Assembly: GCA_015061665.1 (NCBI GenBank)
Contig: SUWC01000002.1
Location: 5,227-69,226 of the forward strand
Source: Lentisphaerota bacterium
GTDB lineage: Bacteria; Verrucomicrobiota; Kiritimatiellia; RFP12; UBA1067
DNA length: 64,000 bases
Reading direction: 5' to 3'
The notes under the pieces were generated by a model. The model was not told the DNA's origin. It was given only the letters and a program-made list of their open reading frames with translations, and did not search any database. Positions 24,547 to 35,166 of the stretch are shown in pieces. The stretch's first letter is position 1. The number at the start of each line of letters is the position of its first letter. The position numbers and the translations under genes are program-made.

Positions 24547-27119
24547 AAAACATATTTACGATCTTCAAGCGGGAGTTCAAGTCATACTTCGACTCTCCCG
24601 TCGCATACGTGTTCCTCACGGCGTTCCTCGCGCTCGTCGGATTCATGACGTTCGCCGTCGCGTTCTTCTACGAACGCAGGCAGGCGGACCTCACGCCGTT
24701 CTTCTTCTGGCACCCCTGGGTCTATCTGCTGCTTGTTCCTGCGGCGACGATGGGCCTCTGGGCTGACGAGCGCAGAAGCGGCACGATCGAGCTCCTGCTC
24801 ACTCTGCCGATCACGACGGCCCAGGCGCTCGTCGGCAAGTTCCTCGCCGCGTGGGCGTTCATAGGGCTCGCCCTAGCGCTGACGTTCCCCGTGCCCGTCA
24901 CGGCGGCCTACCTCGGCTCGCCAGACTGGGGCGCGGTCGTCTGCGGGTATGTTGGCTCGTTCCTGCTCGCGGGCGCTTCGACTGCAATCGGCGTTTTCGC
25001 GTCCAGCCTCTCCCGCTCAAGCGTCGTCGGATTCGTCTCGGCGCTCGCGATGACGTTCGCGATGCTCATCATCGGCTTCGACCCTGTCATAGGCGCGGTG
25101 GCGCGCTGGGGGGTGCCGACGGCGATAACGGACGGCATCGCCGCCTGCTCGCTCCTGTCGCACTTCGACGCGCTGAGGCGCGGCGTGCTCGATCTCGCGG
25201 ACATCGGCTACTACGTCGGCGCGGCGGTGTTCTTCCTCGCTGCGGCAAAGACGGTGACGGACGGCCTCCGCGGCGCTGGCAAGGGACTCGCGGCCCTCGG
25301 CGCGGTCGCGGCGATCGTGATTGCCGGCGACGTGGTGATCGCAAACCTTCCGCTCCGCGTCGACCTCACTGAGGAGCACCTCTATACGCTCTCGGGCGGC
25401 TCGAAGGCGGTCCTCGGAAAGCTCGACCGCGACGTCACGCTCAAGTTCTACTTCAGCTCGTCGGCGGCCGACATGCCCATGCAGTACAAGACGTATGCAC
25501 AGCAGGTCGAAAACCTCCTGAAGGAGTACGACCGCGCGGCCGGCGGGCGCATCGTCGTCGAAAAGTACGACCCGAAGCCCGACTCCGACGCGGAGGAGTG
25601 GGCGCAGCGCTACGGCGTCGAGCCGCAGACCGTCAACCCGTTCGGCTCGCCCGTATACTTCGGACTTGTCGCGACGTGCGGCGACCGCGAGCAGGTCATG
25701 GGCACGGTCTCGCCCAGCGCGGAGGCGACGCTCGAGTACGACATCACGCGCCTCGTCACGCGCGTCGCATGGCCTGAGCGCCCCGTCGTGGGAGTCATGA
25801 CGTCCCTGGACGGCGTGATAGCGGATGCGCCGAATCCCATGATGCAGATGCGCCGCCAGCAGCCGCAGGGCTGGGCTTCGTTCACCGAGCTCGGCAAGGA
25901 CTACGACGTGCGCCAGATTCCAGTCGACGCCACGGAGATCGACGCCGACGTGAAGACGCTGATCGTCCTCCACGCGAAAAACCTCTCCGACGCCGCGCTC
26001 TACGCAATCGACCAGTTCGTCTGCAGGGGCGGAAGGCTCATCGCGTGCGTCGATCCGTTCAGCGCGAAGGAGATGATCGCGCAGTCTCAGCAGCAGAACA
26101 TGATGATGGGCGCAGGCGGCGCGGGCCCCTCGACGCTCGGCAAGCTGTTCGAGGCGTGGGGCGTGAAGTTCGACGACAACAAGGTCGCGTGCGACCTTTC
26201 CGCCGCAACCAAGCTCGGGGACGGACGCGGCGGATACGACGCGAACCCGGCGTTCCTCTCGCTCGGCGAGGGAGCGATGGCCAAGGACGACATGCTTGTC
26301 CAGCAGCTCGGGCAGATCATGCTTCCGTTCTCCGGTGCGTTCACGTTCGACGGCAAGGACTCCGGCCTTGCGTTCACGCCAGTCATCACGACGTCGAAGG
26401 ACAATTCGTCGCTCGTCGACGCGTCCATGCTTCGCTATGGAATGGGCCTCTCCAACAAGGACATGAAGCCCGACGGAACTGCGCGCGTCGTCGCCGCCCG
26501 CCTGAGCGGAACGTTCAAGACGGCCTACCCGAAGGGGCCCGACGGCACAAACGACGTCTCCAACGCCGTCGCCGAGGGCAAGAGCTCCGTGCTGCTTGTC
26601 GGCGACTCGGACTTCCTCGCAGACGACTTCTGCGTGAGGATGCTGCGCACGCCTTTCGGCAACATCGCCCAGCCGCTCAACGACAACATCGCCCTCTTCT
26701 CCAACGTCATCGAGCAGTTCGCGGGACGCGAGGAGCTCATCGGCGTGAGGACGCGCGGCAAGAGCGCACGTCCGTTCACGCGCGTCGACAAGCTCGAGGC
26801 GGCGGCCATGCAGCGCTGGCAGGCGAAGGAGGCCGACCTCCAGCAGAAGCTCCAGGAGACGCAGCAGCGCATCAACGAGCTCCAGCGCCAGAAGACTGGC
26901 AGCGAGCGCGCGCTCCTCTCGCGTGAGCAGCAGGAGGAAATCGTGAAATTCCGCAAGGCTCAGGCAGACACGCGCCGCGAGCTGAAGAACGTCCGCAAGG
27001 AGCTGACCGCCGACATCGACTCGCTCGGCATGACGCTCAAGTGCGTGAACATCGTGCTTATGCCCGTTCTCGTCGTGTTGTTCGGCCTTCTCAGGGGCCT
27101 CGTAAGGAGAAACAAGTAA
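24543..27119 (+). CDS. Fused ABC-2 permease (GldF-like) and GldG-like auxiliary domain
   Basis: 858 aa. The N-terminal ~240 aa is a multi-TM ABC-2 permease (ERRSGTIELLLTLPIT). The remainder is a large extracytoplasmic domain with a coiled-coil region and a C-terminal TM, as in GldG-type proteins. Confidence 0.7.
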   Translation: MKNIFTIFKREFKSYFDSPVAYVFLTAFLALVGFMTFAVAFFYERRQADLTPFFFWHPWVYLLLVPAATMGLWADERRSGTIELLLTLPITTAQALVGKFLAAWAFIGLALALTFPVPVTAAYLGSPDWGAVVCGYVGSFLLAGASTAIGVFASSLSRSSVVGFVSALAMTFAMLIIGFDPVIGAVARWGVPTAITDGIAACSLLSHFDALRRGVLDLADIGYYVGAAVFFLAAAKTVTDGLRGAGKGLAALGAVAAIVIAGDVVIANLPLRVDLTEEHLYTLSGGSKAVLGKLDRDVTLKFYFSSSAADMPMQYKTYAQQVENLLKEYDRAAGGRIVVEKYDPKPDSDAEEWAQRYGVEPQTVNPFGSPVYFGLVATCGDREQVMGTVSPSAEATLEYDITRLVTRVAWPERPVVGVMTSLDGVIADAPNPMMQMRRQQPQGWASFTELGKDYDVRQIPVDATEIDADVKTLIVLHAKNLSDAALYAIDQFVCRGGRLIACVDPFSAKEMIAQSQQQNMMMGAGGAGPSTLGKLFEAWGVKFDDNKVACDLSAATKLGDGRGGYDANPAFLSLGEGAMAKDDMLVQQLGQIMLPFSGAFTFDGKDSGLAFTPVITTSKDNSSLVDASMLRYGMGLSNKDMKPDGTARVVAARLSGTFKTAYPKGPDGTNDVSNAVAEGKSSVLLVGDSDFLADDFCVRMLRTPFGNIAQPLNDNIALFSNVIEQFAGREELIGVRTRGKSARPFTRVDKLEAAAMQRWQAKEADLQQKLQETQQRINELQRQKTGSERALLSREQQEEIVKFRKAQADTRRELKNVRKELTADIDSLGMTLKCVNIVLMPVLVVLFGLLRGLVRRNK

Positions 27120-27928
27120 TGAAGACATCTAATCTGGTAGTTCTCGGAACCGCCGCCGCCGCGCTCATCGTCGCGGCGGTGGCCACAAGCGGCAGCGGAC
27201 GCAGTCGCCAGCCGCAGCTGAACGGCAAGCGGATCGTCGGGGACTTTGCGGTTGCCGACGCCGCAAAGGTCGACATCGGCGGCAAGGTCGTCCTGTCGTC
27301 CGGCGAAGGCGGATGGAAGATCGACACGATGCAGGACTATCCCGCAGACACGTCGAAGATTTCGGAAAACCTCATGAAGCTTCAGGAGCTCAAGGTGGGG
27401 CAGGTCGTGCGCGGCAAGGAGCTTGCGGAAAAGACGCCCGTCAAGGTCACCGACGCCTCGGGCAAGCCGCTTGCCGAAGTCACCCTCGGCGAGCGCCACG
27501 AAAAGTGGGGCATGGGTCGCTACGCCGAATTCTCGGGCGCTGCGGTTCTCGTTTCGGACACGCTCGACGCATTCGGCGACGACCCGAAGTCGTGGTGCGA
27601 CACCAAGATAGTCGACGAGCCGCGCATCAGCTTTACAAAGCTTGCTGCGCCTGACCTTGCCGACGACGTCACGGGCTTTGCCACGGGCGTGGTCGCGAAG
27701 GTCAAGATCGGCGACGACACGAACCGCGTCGCGACCGTCGGCGCGAAGGTGAAGGACGGAAGCGGACGCTACCTCAAGGTCGACGGAATGAAGTGGATAT
27801 TCGAGGTCCCCGATTATTCCGTCAGCTCGCTGCTTCCCAAGCCCGAGGAACCAAAGTCCGAAGAGCCGAAGGCGGAGGATGCCAAGCCCGAAGAGCCGAA
27901 GGCGGAGGAGCCGAAGCCCGAGCTTTGA
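27119..27928 (+). CDS. DUF4340-like protein with a Pro/Glu/Lys repeat tail
   Basis: The internal Met27 of ORF 27041 overlaps the upstream stop (TAATG). It has an N-terminal TM helix. Its position after a GldG-like gene matches the usual DUF4340 context. The C-terminus is KPEEPKSEEPKAEDAKPEEPKAEEPKPEL. Confidence 0.45.
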   Translation: MKTSNLVVLGTAAAALIVAAVATSGSGRSRQPQLNGKRIVGDFAVADAAKVDIGGKVVLSSGEGGWKIDTMQDYPADTSKISENLMKLQELKVGQVVRGKELAEKTPVKVTDASGKPLAEVTLGERHEKWGMGRYAEFSGAAVLVSDTLDAFGDDPKSWCDTKIVDEPRISFTKLAAPDLADDVTGFATGVVAKVKIGDDTNRVATVGAKVKDGSGRYLKVDGMKWIFEVPDYSVSSLLPKPEEPKSEEPKAEDAKPEEPKAEEPKPEL

Positions 27929-27961
27929 TTTCGAGAGGGCGATTATGGTAAACTATGTCAA

Positions 27962-29056
27962 ATGACAAAGAAAAGAAAGATATTCTGGTGGCTTGCCGCC
28001 GCATTGGCCCTTGCCGTCGTCGCATTCGCCGTGTATTGGCTTCGGCCGCGCAAGCCCGCCTTTGCATTTGACCCTGCCGAGCATCGTTACGCCGCGGTCA
28101 ATGTCGTCGCGTCGTACATCGCGATGCTTGAAAAGCCCGACGCGAAGACGGCTCTAATGTCCGACAAGGGCTCAGAGCTCCTGCGCCCCTATTTCGAGCA
28201 CGCCGGCATCGAGTGCTCCGCGCCCGACACAAAGGGCGAGTTCGACATCGTCGTGGTCACTGCGTCCGCCCCGCGCGACTGGAAGTCGCTGCTTGCAGCT
28301 GCGGGGAGCGACGGTGCGCTGATGTGGCTCATGGACGTCCGCGAGACCACGATTGCCGCTTTCCGCGGCAGAATCGCCGCGTTTCCGTGTCCCGATGCGC
28401 ATTTCTGGATGCCTGGCGAGACGGACTGGGTGCTTTCGGGCCGCGTCAAGAAGTCCGAGGTCAGGCTTGCGGACATGCTGGAGCTGTTTGCGCGGGACGG
28501 CGCGTTCATGGATCTCGCCAACGCCTCGTGCGACACCTTGAGCGATGTCTTCGCGAGCTTTGCCGGATACCGCGCGACGGTTGAGCCTGCGTTCGTCGGC
28601 AACCTCGAGGCGAAGGTGCGTCCGGAGTTCTTCGTTACGCAGGACGTTCCGGACATTCCGTGGATCGTCTCCGACGAGGAGGTTGACGAGGATATCGTCG
28701 CGCAGAACGCGCGCGAATCGCGGTCGAAGCAGATCGTCCGCCGCACGGTGATCGAGGGGAACATGCTTTCGCGCGAAGGCAAGATCGACGCGGCGATCGG
28801 CAAGTGGGCAGGCGCATACCTGCACAACCCGCACGACACGATGCTGCTCGACCGCATATACCGCCTTGCGGTCAACGCGCGCACATTCCAGAAGGTCGGC
28901 AACATAAAGGCGGCCGCGAACTGCTACGACACCATGATCGGCATTCGCCCGACTGACGCGGCTGCGATGTCCGAGTACGGCGAGTGCATGCGCCTTCTCG
29001 GCGAAAAGGAGCTTTCCGAGAAGGCGTTTCAGAGAGCGAAGGAACTGGCCAGGTGA
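27962..29056 (+). CDS. Membrane-anchored TPR-repeat protein
   Basis: 364 aa with an N-terminal TM (IFWWLAAALALAVVAFAVYWL) and C-terminal TPR-like repeats (..AAANCYDTMIGIRPTDAAAMSEYGECMRLLGEKELSEKAFQRAKEL). Confidence 0.5.
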   Translation: MTKKRKIFWWLAAALALAVVAFAVYWLRPRKPAFAFDPAEHRYAAVNVVASYIAMLEKPDAKTALMSDKGSELLRPYFEHAGIECSAPDTKGEFDIVVVTASAPRDWKSLLAAAGSDGALMWLMDVRETTIAAFRGRIAAFPCPDAHFWMPGETDWVLSGRVKKSEVRLADMLELFARDGAFMDLANASCDTLSDVFASFAGYRATVEPAFVGNLEAKVRPEFFVTQDVPDIPWIVSDEEVDEDIVAQNARESRSKQIVRRTVIEGNMLSREGKIDAAIGKWAGAYLHNPHDTMLLDRIYRLAVNARTFQKVGNIKAAANCYDTMIGIRPTDAAAMSEYGECMRLLGEKELSEKAFQRAKELAR

Positions 29057-30201
29057 TGAAGCTGGAGATTACGTCGTTCTGGACAGCTTCCGCACTCGGG
29101 ACAGGCAATGAGGAGACGCTTGCCAATCTGCTTGCGGGCAGAGCGCCCGGTATGCGCGAAATCTCCGGCGACATTCCTGAACGCGCGATCTGGTTCGGTT
29201 CGGTTCTCGCCGACTTGCCTGAAATCGCCGAGCCGCGCTGGAACATGCGCACGAACAGGCTGCTGGCTCTTGCGTCCGACGCGCTCAAGGACGAAATCGA
29301 GTCGCTTGTCGCTCGCTACGGGCGCGACCGCGTTGGAATCGTGCTCGGGTCGAGCAACACCGGAATCGACGAGGCCGAGGGATTCATAGACAAATGGCTC
29401 GACGACGGAGGGTCGGAAGAAGCGCCTGCCGTTCCTCCTCCCGATGGTTTTGAATTTACCATGATCGAGCTTGGCACCACGGCGCTTTTCCTCAAGGAGC
29501 GCCTTGGCGTGGACGGTCCGGCGTACACCGTCTCCACGGCCTGCTCTTCGTCCGCGAACGCCTTCGCCTCCGCTGCGCGCCTGATAGAGACGGGCGTGTG
29601 CGACGCGGTGGTGACAGGAGGCGTTGACGGGCGCTGCCGCTTTGCGATGAACGGATTCGCCGCGCTCGGCGCGCTGAGCGAGGGCAGGTGCCGTCCGTTC
29701 GCGCCTGACAGGGACGGCATAAACCTTGGCGAGGGCGTAGGTCTCTTTCTGCTGGAGCGTCCTTCCGGCGCAGCGGCGCCTCGCGAAGGCGGTGCAAGGC
29801 GCGTCTTTCTTGAAGGCGTCGGCGAGTCGAGCGACGCATACCACGCTACGGCGCCCGATCCGTCAGGTGCGGGCGCACTTCGCGCCATGCTAGGAGCGGT
29901 GGAGGCTTCGGGGATGCCGCGCGAGGCGTTCGACTACGTGAACTTCCACGGAACGGGCACTGTGGCAAACGACGACATGGAATCAAGGGCGCTTGCCGGT
30001 TTCACAGCGTCCGCTGCGTCGGGGTGCAGTCCCAGGTCCGAGTCGACGAAAAGCCTCACGGGGCACTGCCTTGGGGCGGCGGGTGCAGTCGAGGCGGCGA
30101 TATGCGCGCTGCTCATCAAGGACGGACGCTGCGGCGCTGCGCTTAGCAACAGTTTTGCGTTTGGAGGTTCAAATGGAACAGTCGCACTCTCAGGATCGTG
30201 A
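29056..30201 (+). CDS. Beta-ketoacyl-ACP synthase (KAS I/II-like)
   Basis: The internal Met25 of ORF 28984 overlaps the upstream stop. It has the active-site Cys block VSTACSSSANAF, and His blocks NFHGTGT and KSLTGHCLGAAG. Confidence 0.8.
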   Translation: MKLEITSFWTASALGTGNEETLANLLAGRAPGMREISGDIPERAIWFGSVLADLPEIAEPRWNMRTNRLLALASDALKDEIESLVARYGRDRVGIVLGSSNTGIDEAEGFIDKWLDDGGSEEAPAVPPPDGFEFTMIELGTTALFLKERLGVDGPAYTVSTACSSSANAFASAARLIETGVCDAVVTGGVDGRCRFAMNGFAALGALSEGRCRPFAPDRDGINLGEGVGLFLLERPSGAAAPREGGARRVFLEGVGESSDAYHATAPDPSGAGALRAMLGAVEASGMPREAFDYVNFHGTGTVANDDMESRALAGFTASAASGCSPRSESTKSLTGHCLGAAGAVEAAICALLIKDGRCGAALSNSFAFGGSNGTVALSGS

Positions 30202-30649
30202 CATAAGGCAGATGGACATTACGCGCCTTGTCCCCCACCGCGGGAAGATGCTTCTGATCGACGAAGTCGTCGGATACGACCGCGAGAACGTGGCGCTTAC
30301 CGCAGCGTTCGCCGCGAAGCGCGAGTGGCTGGGCAACTACGCGGCCATCGAGTACATGGCGCAGACGGCTGCCGCGCTTGTCGGGGCGGCTGACATAGAC
30401 GGAGGATGGACAGGCGAGCCGCGTCCAGGGTTCCTGCTTGGGACGCGCAAGCTAGACCTCCGCTTCGATGCGTTCAAGGAAGGCGAACGATATCTGTGCG
30501 TCGCGAAGAATGAGTTTGCGGACGGCGAGGCGGCAAGTTTTGCGTGCGAAGTGAGGAACGCTGCGGGCGAGGTCATTGCGACCGCGATTTTGAATGCCTA
30601 CCGTCCGTCCAAGGACGCGGCGTCTTTTCTTGAAAGGAATGCCTTATGA
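30173..30649 (+). CDS. Hotdog-fold 3-hydroxyacyl-ACP dehydratase-like protein
   Basis: The start is at the ATG after GGAGG (Met61 of ORF 29993); an alternative start is ATG 30212. LVPHRGKMLLIDEV and YAAIEYMAQTAAA resemble FabA/FabZ-like dehydratases found next to KAS genes. Confidence 0.6.
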   Translation: MEQSHSQDRDIRQMDITRLVPHRGKMLLIDEVVGYDRENVALTAAFAAKREWLGNYAAIEYMAQTAAALVGAADIDGGWTGEPRPGFLLGTRKLDLRFDAFKEGERYLCVAKNEFADGEAASFACEVRNAAGEVIATAILNAYRPSKDAASFLERNAL

Positions 30650-31833
30650 TCAGGATTGCTTTTGTCTTGGCGGCTTTGCTGCCGTTTGCGGGGTTGACCG
30701 AGCCAATAGGGGTGACCGCCAACGGGGATGCGCGCTTCAAAAGGGCTGCGGATGTCTCGAGGCGCATTTCCGAGCAGTTCCTCTCCACCGATCCTACGGC
30801 ATACAAGCCGCAGGGCTACAGGGGCGGCAAGGCCTACGGCGGAGGCGAAATCATCCATTACGCCACCGTGTCGCTTTGGGTGAACGCCCTTGAATGCGCG
30901 CGCTTCGCATCCGACACGAACCTTGAGAGCCGTCTCGTCGAAGCCTTTGCGAGGTGCCGATCTCGTCCGTCGGTGATGAACGAAATGCGCCATGTCGATC
31001 TCTCCATAGTAGGCGCGGTGCCTTTGGAAGTCGCGATTCTGACCGGCAGCGCCGAAGACGCGAAACTCGGTCTTCGCTATGCCGACCGCCAGTGGTCCGA
31101 GCCCAAGGATGGCTATGACTGGGGGGACAGGTGGTACGACCCGATTGCGCTTTCAGAGCGGCATGCGTGGTGGGAGAAAGGCTACACGCCTGAAACGCGC
31201 CTCTGGATTGACGACATGTACATGATAACGGTTCTTCAGTCCCAGGCGTATCGACTCACTGGCGACGAAAAGTACATCGAGCGCGCCGGAAGGGAAATGT
31301 GCCTGTATCTGGAGAGGCTTCAGCGCGAGGACGGGCTTTTCAACCATTCCCCGAGCGCGCCCTATGCGTGGGGGCGCGGGAATGGATGGATGGCGGCTGG
31401 CATGGCGCTGAACCTCAAGTACCTGCCAGAGAAGAGCGAATGGCGCGGCAGGATACTGGACGGCTACAGGAAGATGATGACGGCGCTTGTCGCAAACCAG
31501 AGAAAGACTGGGCTTTGGGGACAGCTTGTGGACGACGCTGCGTCGTGGGACGAAACGAGCGGTTCCGCAATGTTCGCCTTTGCGATTGCCGAAGGCCTTT
31601 CCCACGGCTGGCTCAACGGCATTGCGGAGCGCGCCAAGCTGGAGTCCTCGGTCGACCGTGCTTTTGACGCGCTTTGCGGAAAGCTCGACGAGTATGGGAA
31701 CCTTGCCGGCGTCTGCGTCGGGACGGGATGGAAAAACGACCACGGCTATTACTTGAGCCGTGGCCGTTGCAATGGCGACCCCCATGGACAGGCCCCGCTC
31801 CTTTGGCTTTGCGGGGCGTTGATGAGGCCATAG
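30646..31833 (+). CDS. Glycoside hydrolase family 88/105 (unsaturated uronyl hydrolase)
   Basis: 395 aa with a signal-like N-terminus and the RLWIDDMYM and WGRGNGW blocks characteristic of YteR/UGL-type alpha/alpha-barrel hydrolases. Confidence 0.75.
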   Translation: MIRIAFVLAALLPFAGLTEPIGVTANGDARFKRAADVSRRISEQFLSTDPTAYKPQGYRGGKAYGGGEIIHYATVSLWVNALECARFASDTNLESRLVEAFARCRSRPSVMNEMRHVDLSIVGAVPLEVAILTGSAEDAKLGLRYADRQWSEPKDGYDWGDRWYDPIALSERHAWWEKGYTPETRLWIDDMYMITVLQSQAYRLTGDEKYIERAGREMCLYLERLQREDGLFNHSPSAPYAWGRGNGWMAAGMALNLKYLPEKSEWRGRILDGYRKMMTALVANQRKTGLWGQLVDDAASWDETSGSAMFAFAIAEGLSHGWLNGIAERAKLESSVDRAFDALCGKLDEYGNLAGVCVGTGWKNDHGYYLSRGRCNGDPHGQAPLLWLCGALMRP

Positions 31834-31860
31834 CGGTCGCCTGGGGGCGACGCGGAAGCG

Positions 31861-32784
31861 TTACTCGAAAAGCCAGGTCGAGAGATAGCGCTCGCCCGTG
31901 TCGGGAAGGAGCGCGACAATCGTCTTGCCTGCGAATTCGGGACGCTTCGAGAGTTCCAGTGCCGCCCAGAGAGCCGCGCCGGACGATATGCCGACGAGAA
32001 GCCCTTCCTCAGCGGCCGCTGCGCGCGCAGTCGCGCCTGCGTTTTCGGCGGAAGCCTTGATGACCTCCGTGAGGATCGAGGTATCCAGCACCTTCGGGAC
32101 GAATCCCGCGCCGATGCCCTGAAGCTTGTGGGGGCCGGGCTGTCCGCCGGAGAGGACCGGCGAGGTGTCGGGCTCCACCGCGAATATCTTTACGTTAGGG
32201 TTCTGTTCCTTGAGGTACTTGCCCGTTCCCGTTATCGTGCCGCCCGTTCCGACGCCTGCCACGAACGCTGCCACCTCTCCGCTTGTCCCATCCCATATTT
32301 CCGGGCCGGTCGTGCGGTAGTGGTACTGGGGGTTCGCCGGATTCTCGAACTGCTGCAGGATTACGGAGCCTGGCGTGGAGTCGCGGAGTTCGTTTGCCTT
32401 GGCGATTGCTCCCTTCATCCCCGCCGCGCCGGGCGTGAGGACGATTTCCGCGCCGTATGCGGCCGCGAGCTTGCGGCGCTCGATTGACATCGTCTCGGGC
32501 ATGGTAAGGATAAGGTGATATCCCCTGACCGCGCTGACGAGGGCGAGTCCGACGCCGGTGTTGCCGCTCGTGGGCTCGATGATCGTCGCGCCTGGCTTGA
32601 GGGTGCCTGACTTCTCGGCCGCCTCGACCATCGCAAACGCGATTCGGTCCTTGACGCTTCCGCCCGGGTTGAAGAACTCGACCTTTGCGAGCACCTTCGC
32701 TCCGCCTTTGTTGAGTTTGCCGGAGATTTCCACGAGCGGCGTTCCGCCCACCTTCTCCAGAATGTTCTTTGCGATCTTGCTCAT
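31861..32784 (-). CDS. cysK: Cysteine synthase A (O-acetylserine sulfhydrylase)
   Basis: 307 aa with the [17 protein letters not shown] and [10 protein letters not shown] blocks. Confidence 0.92.
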   Translation of the reverse strand: MSKIAKNILEKVGGTPLVEISGKLNKGGAKVLAKVEFFNPGGSVKDRIAFAMVEAAEKSGTLKPGATIIEPTSGNTGVGLALVSAVRGYHLILTMPETMSIERRKLAAAYGAEIVLTPGAAGMKGAIAKANELRDSTPGSVILQQFENPANPQYHYRTTGPEIWDGTSGEVAAFVAGVGTGGTITGTGKYLKEQNPNVKIFAVEPDTSPVLSGGQPGPHKLQGIGAGFVPKVLDTSILTEVIKASAENAGATARAAAAEEGLLVGISSGAALWAALELSKRPEFAGKTIVALLPDTGERYLSTWLFE

Positions 32785-32836
32785 TCTTTGATCCTTTCGT
32801 TTGATATTATACCATAGTTGCTGCTTGGGTGATTTG

Positions 32837-34132
32837 TCAGATTGCCTCCAGCGCTCGGTCGAGCTCCGCGATTATGTCGTCTATGTGCTCAAGGCCGATG
32901 GAGAGGCGGATTAGCTCGGGAAGGACTCCGCCCTTGCGGAGGTCCTCGTCGGAGAGCTGCGAGTGCGTTGTCGATGCCGGGTGGATGACAAGCGACTTCG
33001 CGTCGCCCACGTTCGCGAGGAGCGAGAATATCTCTCCGTTGAGCGCGTCCGCGAAACATCGGGCCTGATCGGACCCTCCCTTGACGCCGAAGACGACCAT
33101 TCCGCCTGCGCCGTTGGGCAGGTACTTATCCGCGAGCTTGGGATTGGTGAGCGAGGGGTACTTGACCCACGCCACTTTCGGGTGGCTCTGGAGGTGCTTC
33201 GCGACGGCGAGCGCGTTCTCGCTGTGGCGGGCGATGCGCAGTGGCAGCGACTCGACTCCCTGGAGGAATATCCACGCGGCGTCAGGCGCGAGCGTGGGAC
33301 CCTGGTTGCGGATGCCGACCGTGAGAAGCCTGATGGAGAATGCGATCGGCTTCAGCGGATCGGGGAGGTCGTGCGCGAAGCGGAGCCCGTGGTAGCCCGC
33401 GTCCGGCTCGTTGTAGAGCGCGAACTTCGGGTTGCTCCAGTCGAAGCCGCCTTTCTCCACCACTACGCCGCCGATTCCGGCGCCGTGTCCGCCGATCCAC
33501 TTCGAGAGCGAGTGGATTACGAGGTCCGCGCCGTGGTCCAGCGCGCGAAGTAGCGGCGGCGGCGTGAACGTTGCGTCGACGACGAGGGGCAGTCCGTGTC
33601 GGTGCGCGACCTCGGCGTATTTCTCGATGTCCGCGATGTCAAGGGACGGGTTGCCGACGGATTCTACGTAGACGAGCCTCGTCTTGTCGTTTATCGCCGC
33701 CTCGACCGCGTCGAAGTCGTTGACGGACGTGAACCTCGTCGTGATCCCGACGTTCGGAAGAATCGCGTCGAACTGGCTGAACGTTCCGCCGTAGAGGTTC
33801 GAGGCCGCGACGATCTCGTCGCCGGCGCGTGCGATGTTGGTGATTGTGAAGTAGATCGCCGCCGTGCCAGAGGAGAGCGTCTGCGCAGCCGCTCCGCCCT
33901 CGAGTGCTGCGATGCGCTTGGCGAGAACGTCGTTCGTCGGGTTCATGAGCCGCGCGTAGATGTTGCCGAGCTCGCGCAGTCCGAAGAGGTCGGCGCCGTG
34001 CTTGGAGTCGCGGAAGTTGTAGGCCGTCGTCCTGTAGACGGGAACCGCCCTTGCGTATGTGGCGGGGTCTCCGTGCGCGCTCTGACCTGCGTGGACTGCC
34101 AGCGTTTCGATGTGGAATTTTCTGTCGCTCAT
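32837..34132 (-). CDS. metY: O-acetylhomoserine/O-acetylserine sulfhydrylase
   Basis: The internal Met20 of ORF 32837..34189 is preceded by AGGAG. It has [12 protein letters not shown] and the PLP-lysine region [11 protein letters not shown]. The length (431 aa) is typical for MetY/MetZ. Confidence 0.88.
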   Translation of the reverse strand: MSDRKFHIETLAVHAGQSAHGDPATYARAVPVYRTTAYNFRDSKHGADLFGLRELGNIYARLMNPTNDVLAKRIAALEGGAAAQTLSSGTAAIYFTITNIARAGDEIVAASNLYGGTFSQFDAILPNVGITTRFTSVNDFDAVEAAINDKTRLVYVESVGNPSLDIADIEKYAEVAHRHGLPLVVDATFTPPPLLRALDHGADLVIHSLSKWIGGHGAGIGGVVVEKGGFDWSNPKFALYNEPDAGYHGLRFAHDLPDPLKPIAFSIRLLTVGIRNQGPTLAPDAAWIFLQGVESLPLRIARHSENALAVAKHLQSHPKVAWVKYPSLTNPKLADKYLPNGAGGMVVFGVKGGSDQARCFADALNGEIFSLLANVGDAKSLVIHPASTTHSQLSDEDLRKGGVLPELIRLSIGLEHIDDIIAELDRALEAI

Positions 34133-34255
34133 GTTGTGTTCTCCTTTCGTGCGTTTGAATGAGCCTATTATAGCATTCCTCCGCGCCATTGAATAATCGG
34201 AAACAGTCCCGACCGTTCATAGGTCGCGCCTATGGCTGATTTATGTTGGCGGTTT

Positions 34256-34264
34256 TGATATAAT
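34256..34264 (+). promoter_or_regulatory. Extended -10 promoter element (TGATATAAT) upstream of the GH16 gene
   Basis: An AT-rich nonamer in GC-rich DNA lies 39 nt upstream of ATG 34303. AAAGGAG is at 34289-34295. Confidence 0.4.
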
Positions 34265-34302
34265 ATCAGTTGTCGGCTTAACTGAACGAAAGGAGCGTCC
34301 AC

Positions 34303-35166
34303 ATGTTGCGTGCAATATCGACCATTCTGGCGGTGTCGCTTTTCGCGTCAGCGCACTGTGCTAACGCCGCGCCTGCTCGCAAGGCGCGCGCCATGGCGAA
34401 GCCCGCGCAGGCCCCGGTCGTCTGGAAGCTGCAGTTTACCGAGGACTTCAAGGGCACGAACCTGAACGAGAAGCTGTGGTCGCGCATCGACCGCGGCCAA
34501 TCCGACTGGAACAGGAACATGTCGCTCAGGGAAGACCTCGTGACTGTCAGCGACGGACAGCTCCACGCCTACGGCGTGAAGAACGCGGATACGTCGTCCG
34601 ACTCCCGCAGCTTCCTCACCGGCGGAGTCTCAACGCATGGACGCTTTGCCGTCAAGTACGGCAAGATCGAGGTGAAGTGCAGGCTAGAGGCCGCAAAAGG
34701 CGCGTGGCCCGCGATATGGATGATGCCTGAAAAACCGTCGGAGGGATGGCCCCGCTGCGGAGAAATAGACATAATAGAACGGCTCAACTACGACTCTTTC
34801 GTATACCACACCGTCCACTCCGGATGGACCGCCCAGCATGCCGGCGACCCGCCAAGCAGCGGGAAGGGCGAGATCAAGGCAAAGGACTGGAACGTCTTCG
34901 GGCTAGAGTGGACCCCAGAGCGCATCGTGTGGACCGTGAACGGCAAGCCGACGCACTCCTACGCCAACGTCGGCGACGATCCGAGCCGATATCCCTGGAC
35001 CGAGCCTTTCTACCTCATGATTGACATGCAGCTCGGCGGCAAATGGGTCGGATCTGTCGACGAGGCGACGCTTCCGGTTGCAATGCACGTCGACTGGGTG
35101 AAGTTCTACAAGGGGACCAGAAAGGGCAAGCCGCTCACCGAGTTCGTCCGGCCAGGAAGGAAATGA
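34303..35166 (+). CDS. Glycoside hydrolase family 16 (beta-glucanase-like), secreted
   Basis: Signal peptide (ILAVSLFASAHCANA), the catalytic GEIDIIE motif, and WPAIWMMP and EWTPERIVWTVNG blocks. Confidence 0.85.
   Translation: MLRAISTILAVSLFASAHCANAAPARKARAMAKPAQAPVVWKLQFTEDFKGTNLNEKLWSRIDRGQSDWNRNMSLREDLVTVSDGQLHAYGVKNADTSSDSRSFLTGGVSTHGRFAVKYGKIEVKCRLEAAKGAWPAIWMMPEKPSEGWPRCGEIDIIERLNYDSFVYHTVHSGWTAQHAGDPPSSGKGEIKAKDWNVFGLEWTPERIVWTVNGKPTHSYANVGDDPSRYPWTEPFYLMIDMQLGGKWVGSVDEATLPVAMHVDWVKFYKGTRKGKPLTEFVRPGRK

Noticed and set aside
27838-27925. Tandem PEEPKAE-type repeats at the 3' end of the DUF4340-like gene, and Pro/Ala-rich tracts in 19023..19922.
   Set aside because: These are in-frame low-complexity linker or tail sequences that are common in envelope proteins of GC-rich bacteria. 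There is no evidence of a separate element.
35135-35166. A ~30-nt overlap between the convergent GH16 and GT2 genes, considered as a possible mis-annotation or antisense regulation.
   Set aside because: Both ORFs have strong family motifs up to near their ends. Short convergent overlaps are common in compact genomes, and there is nothing further to support a regulatory role.
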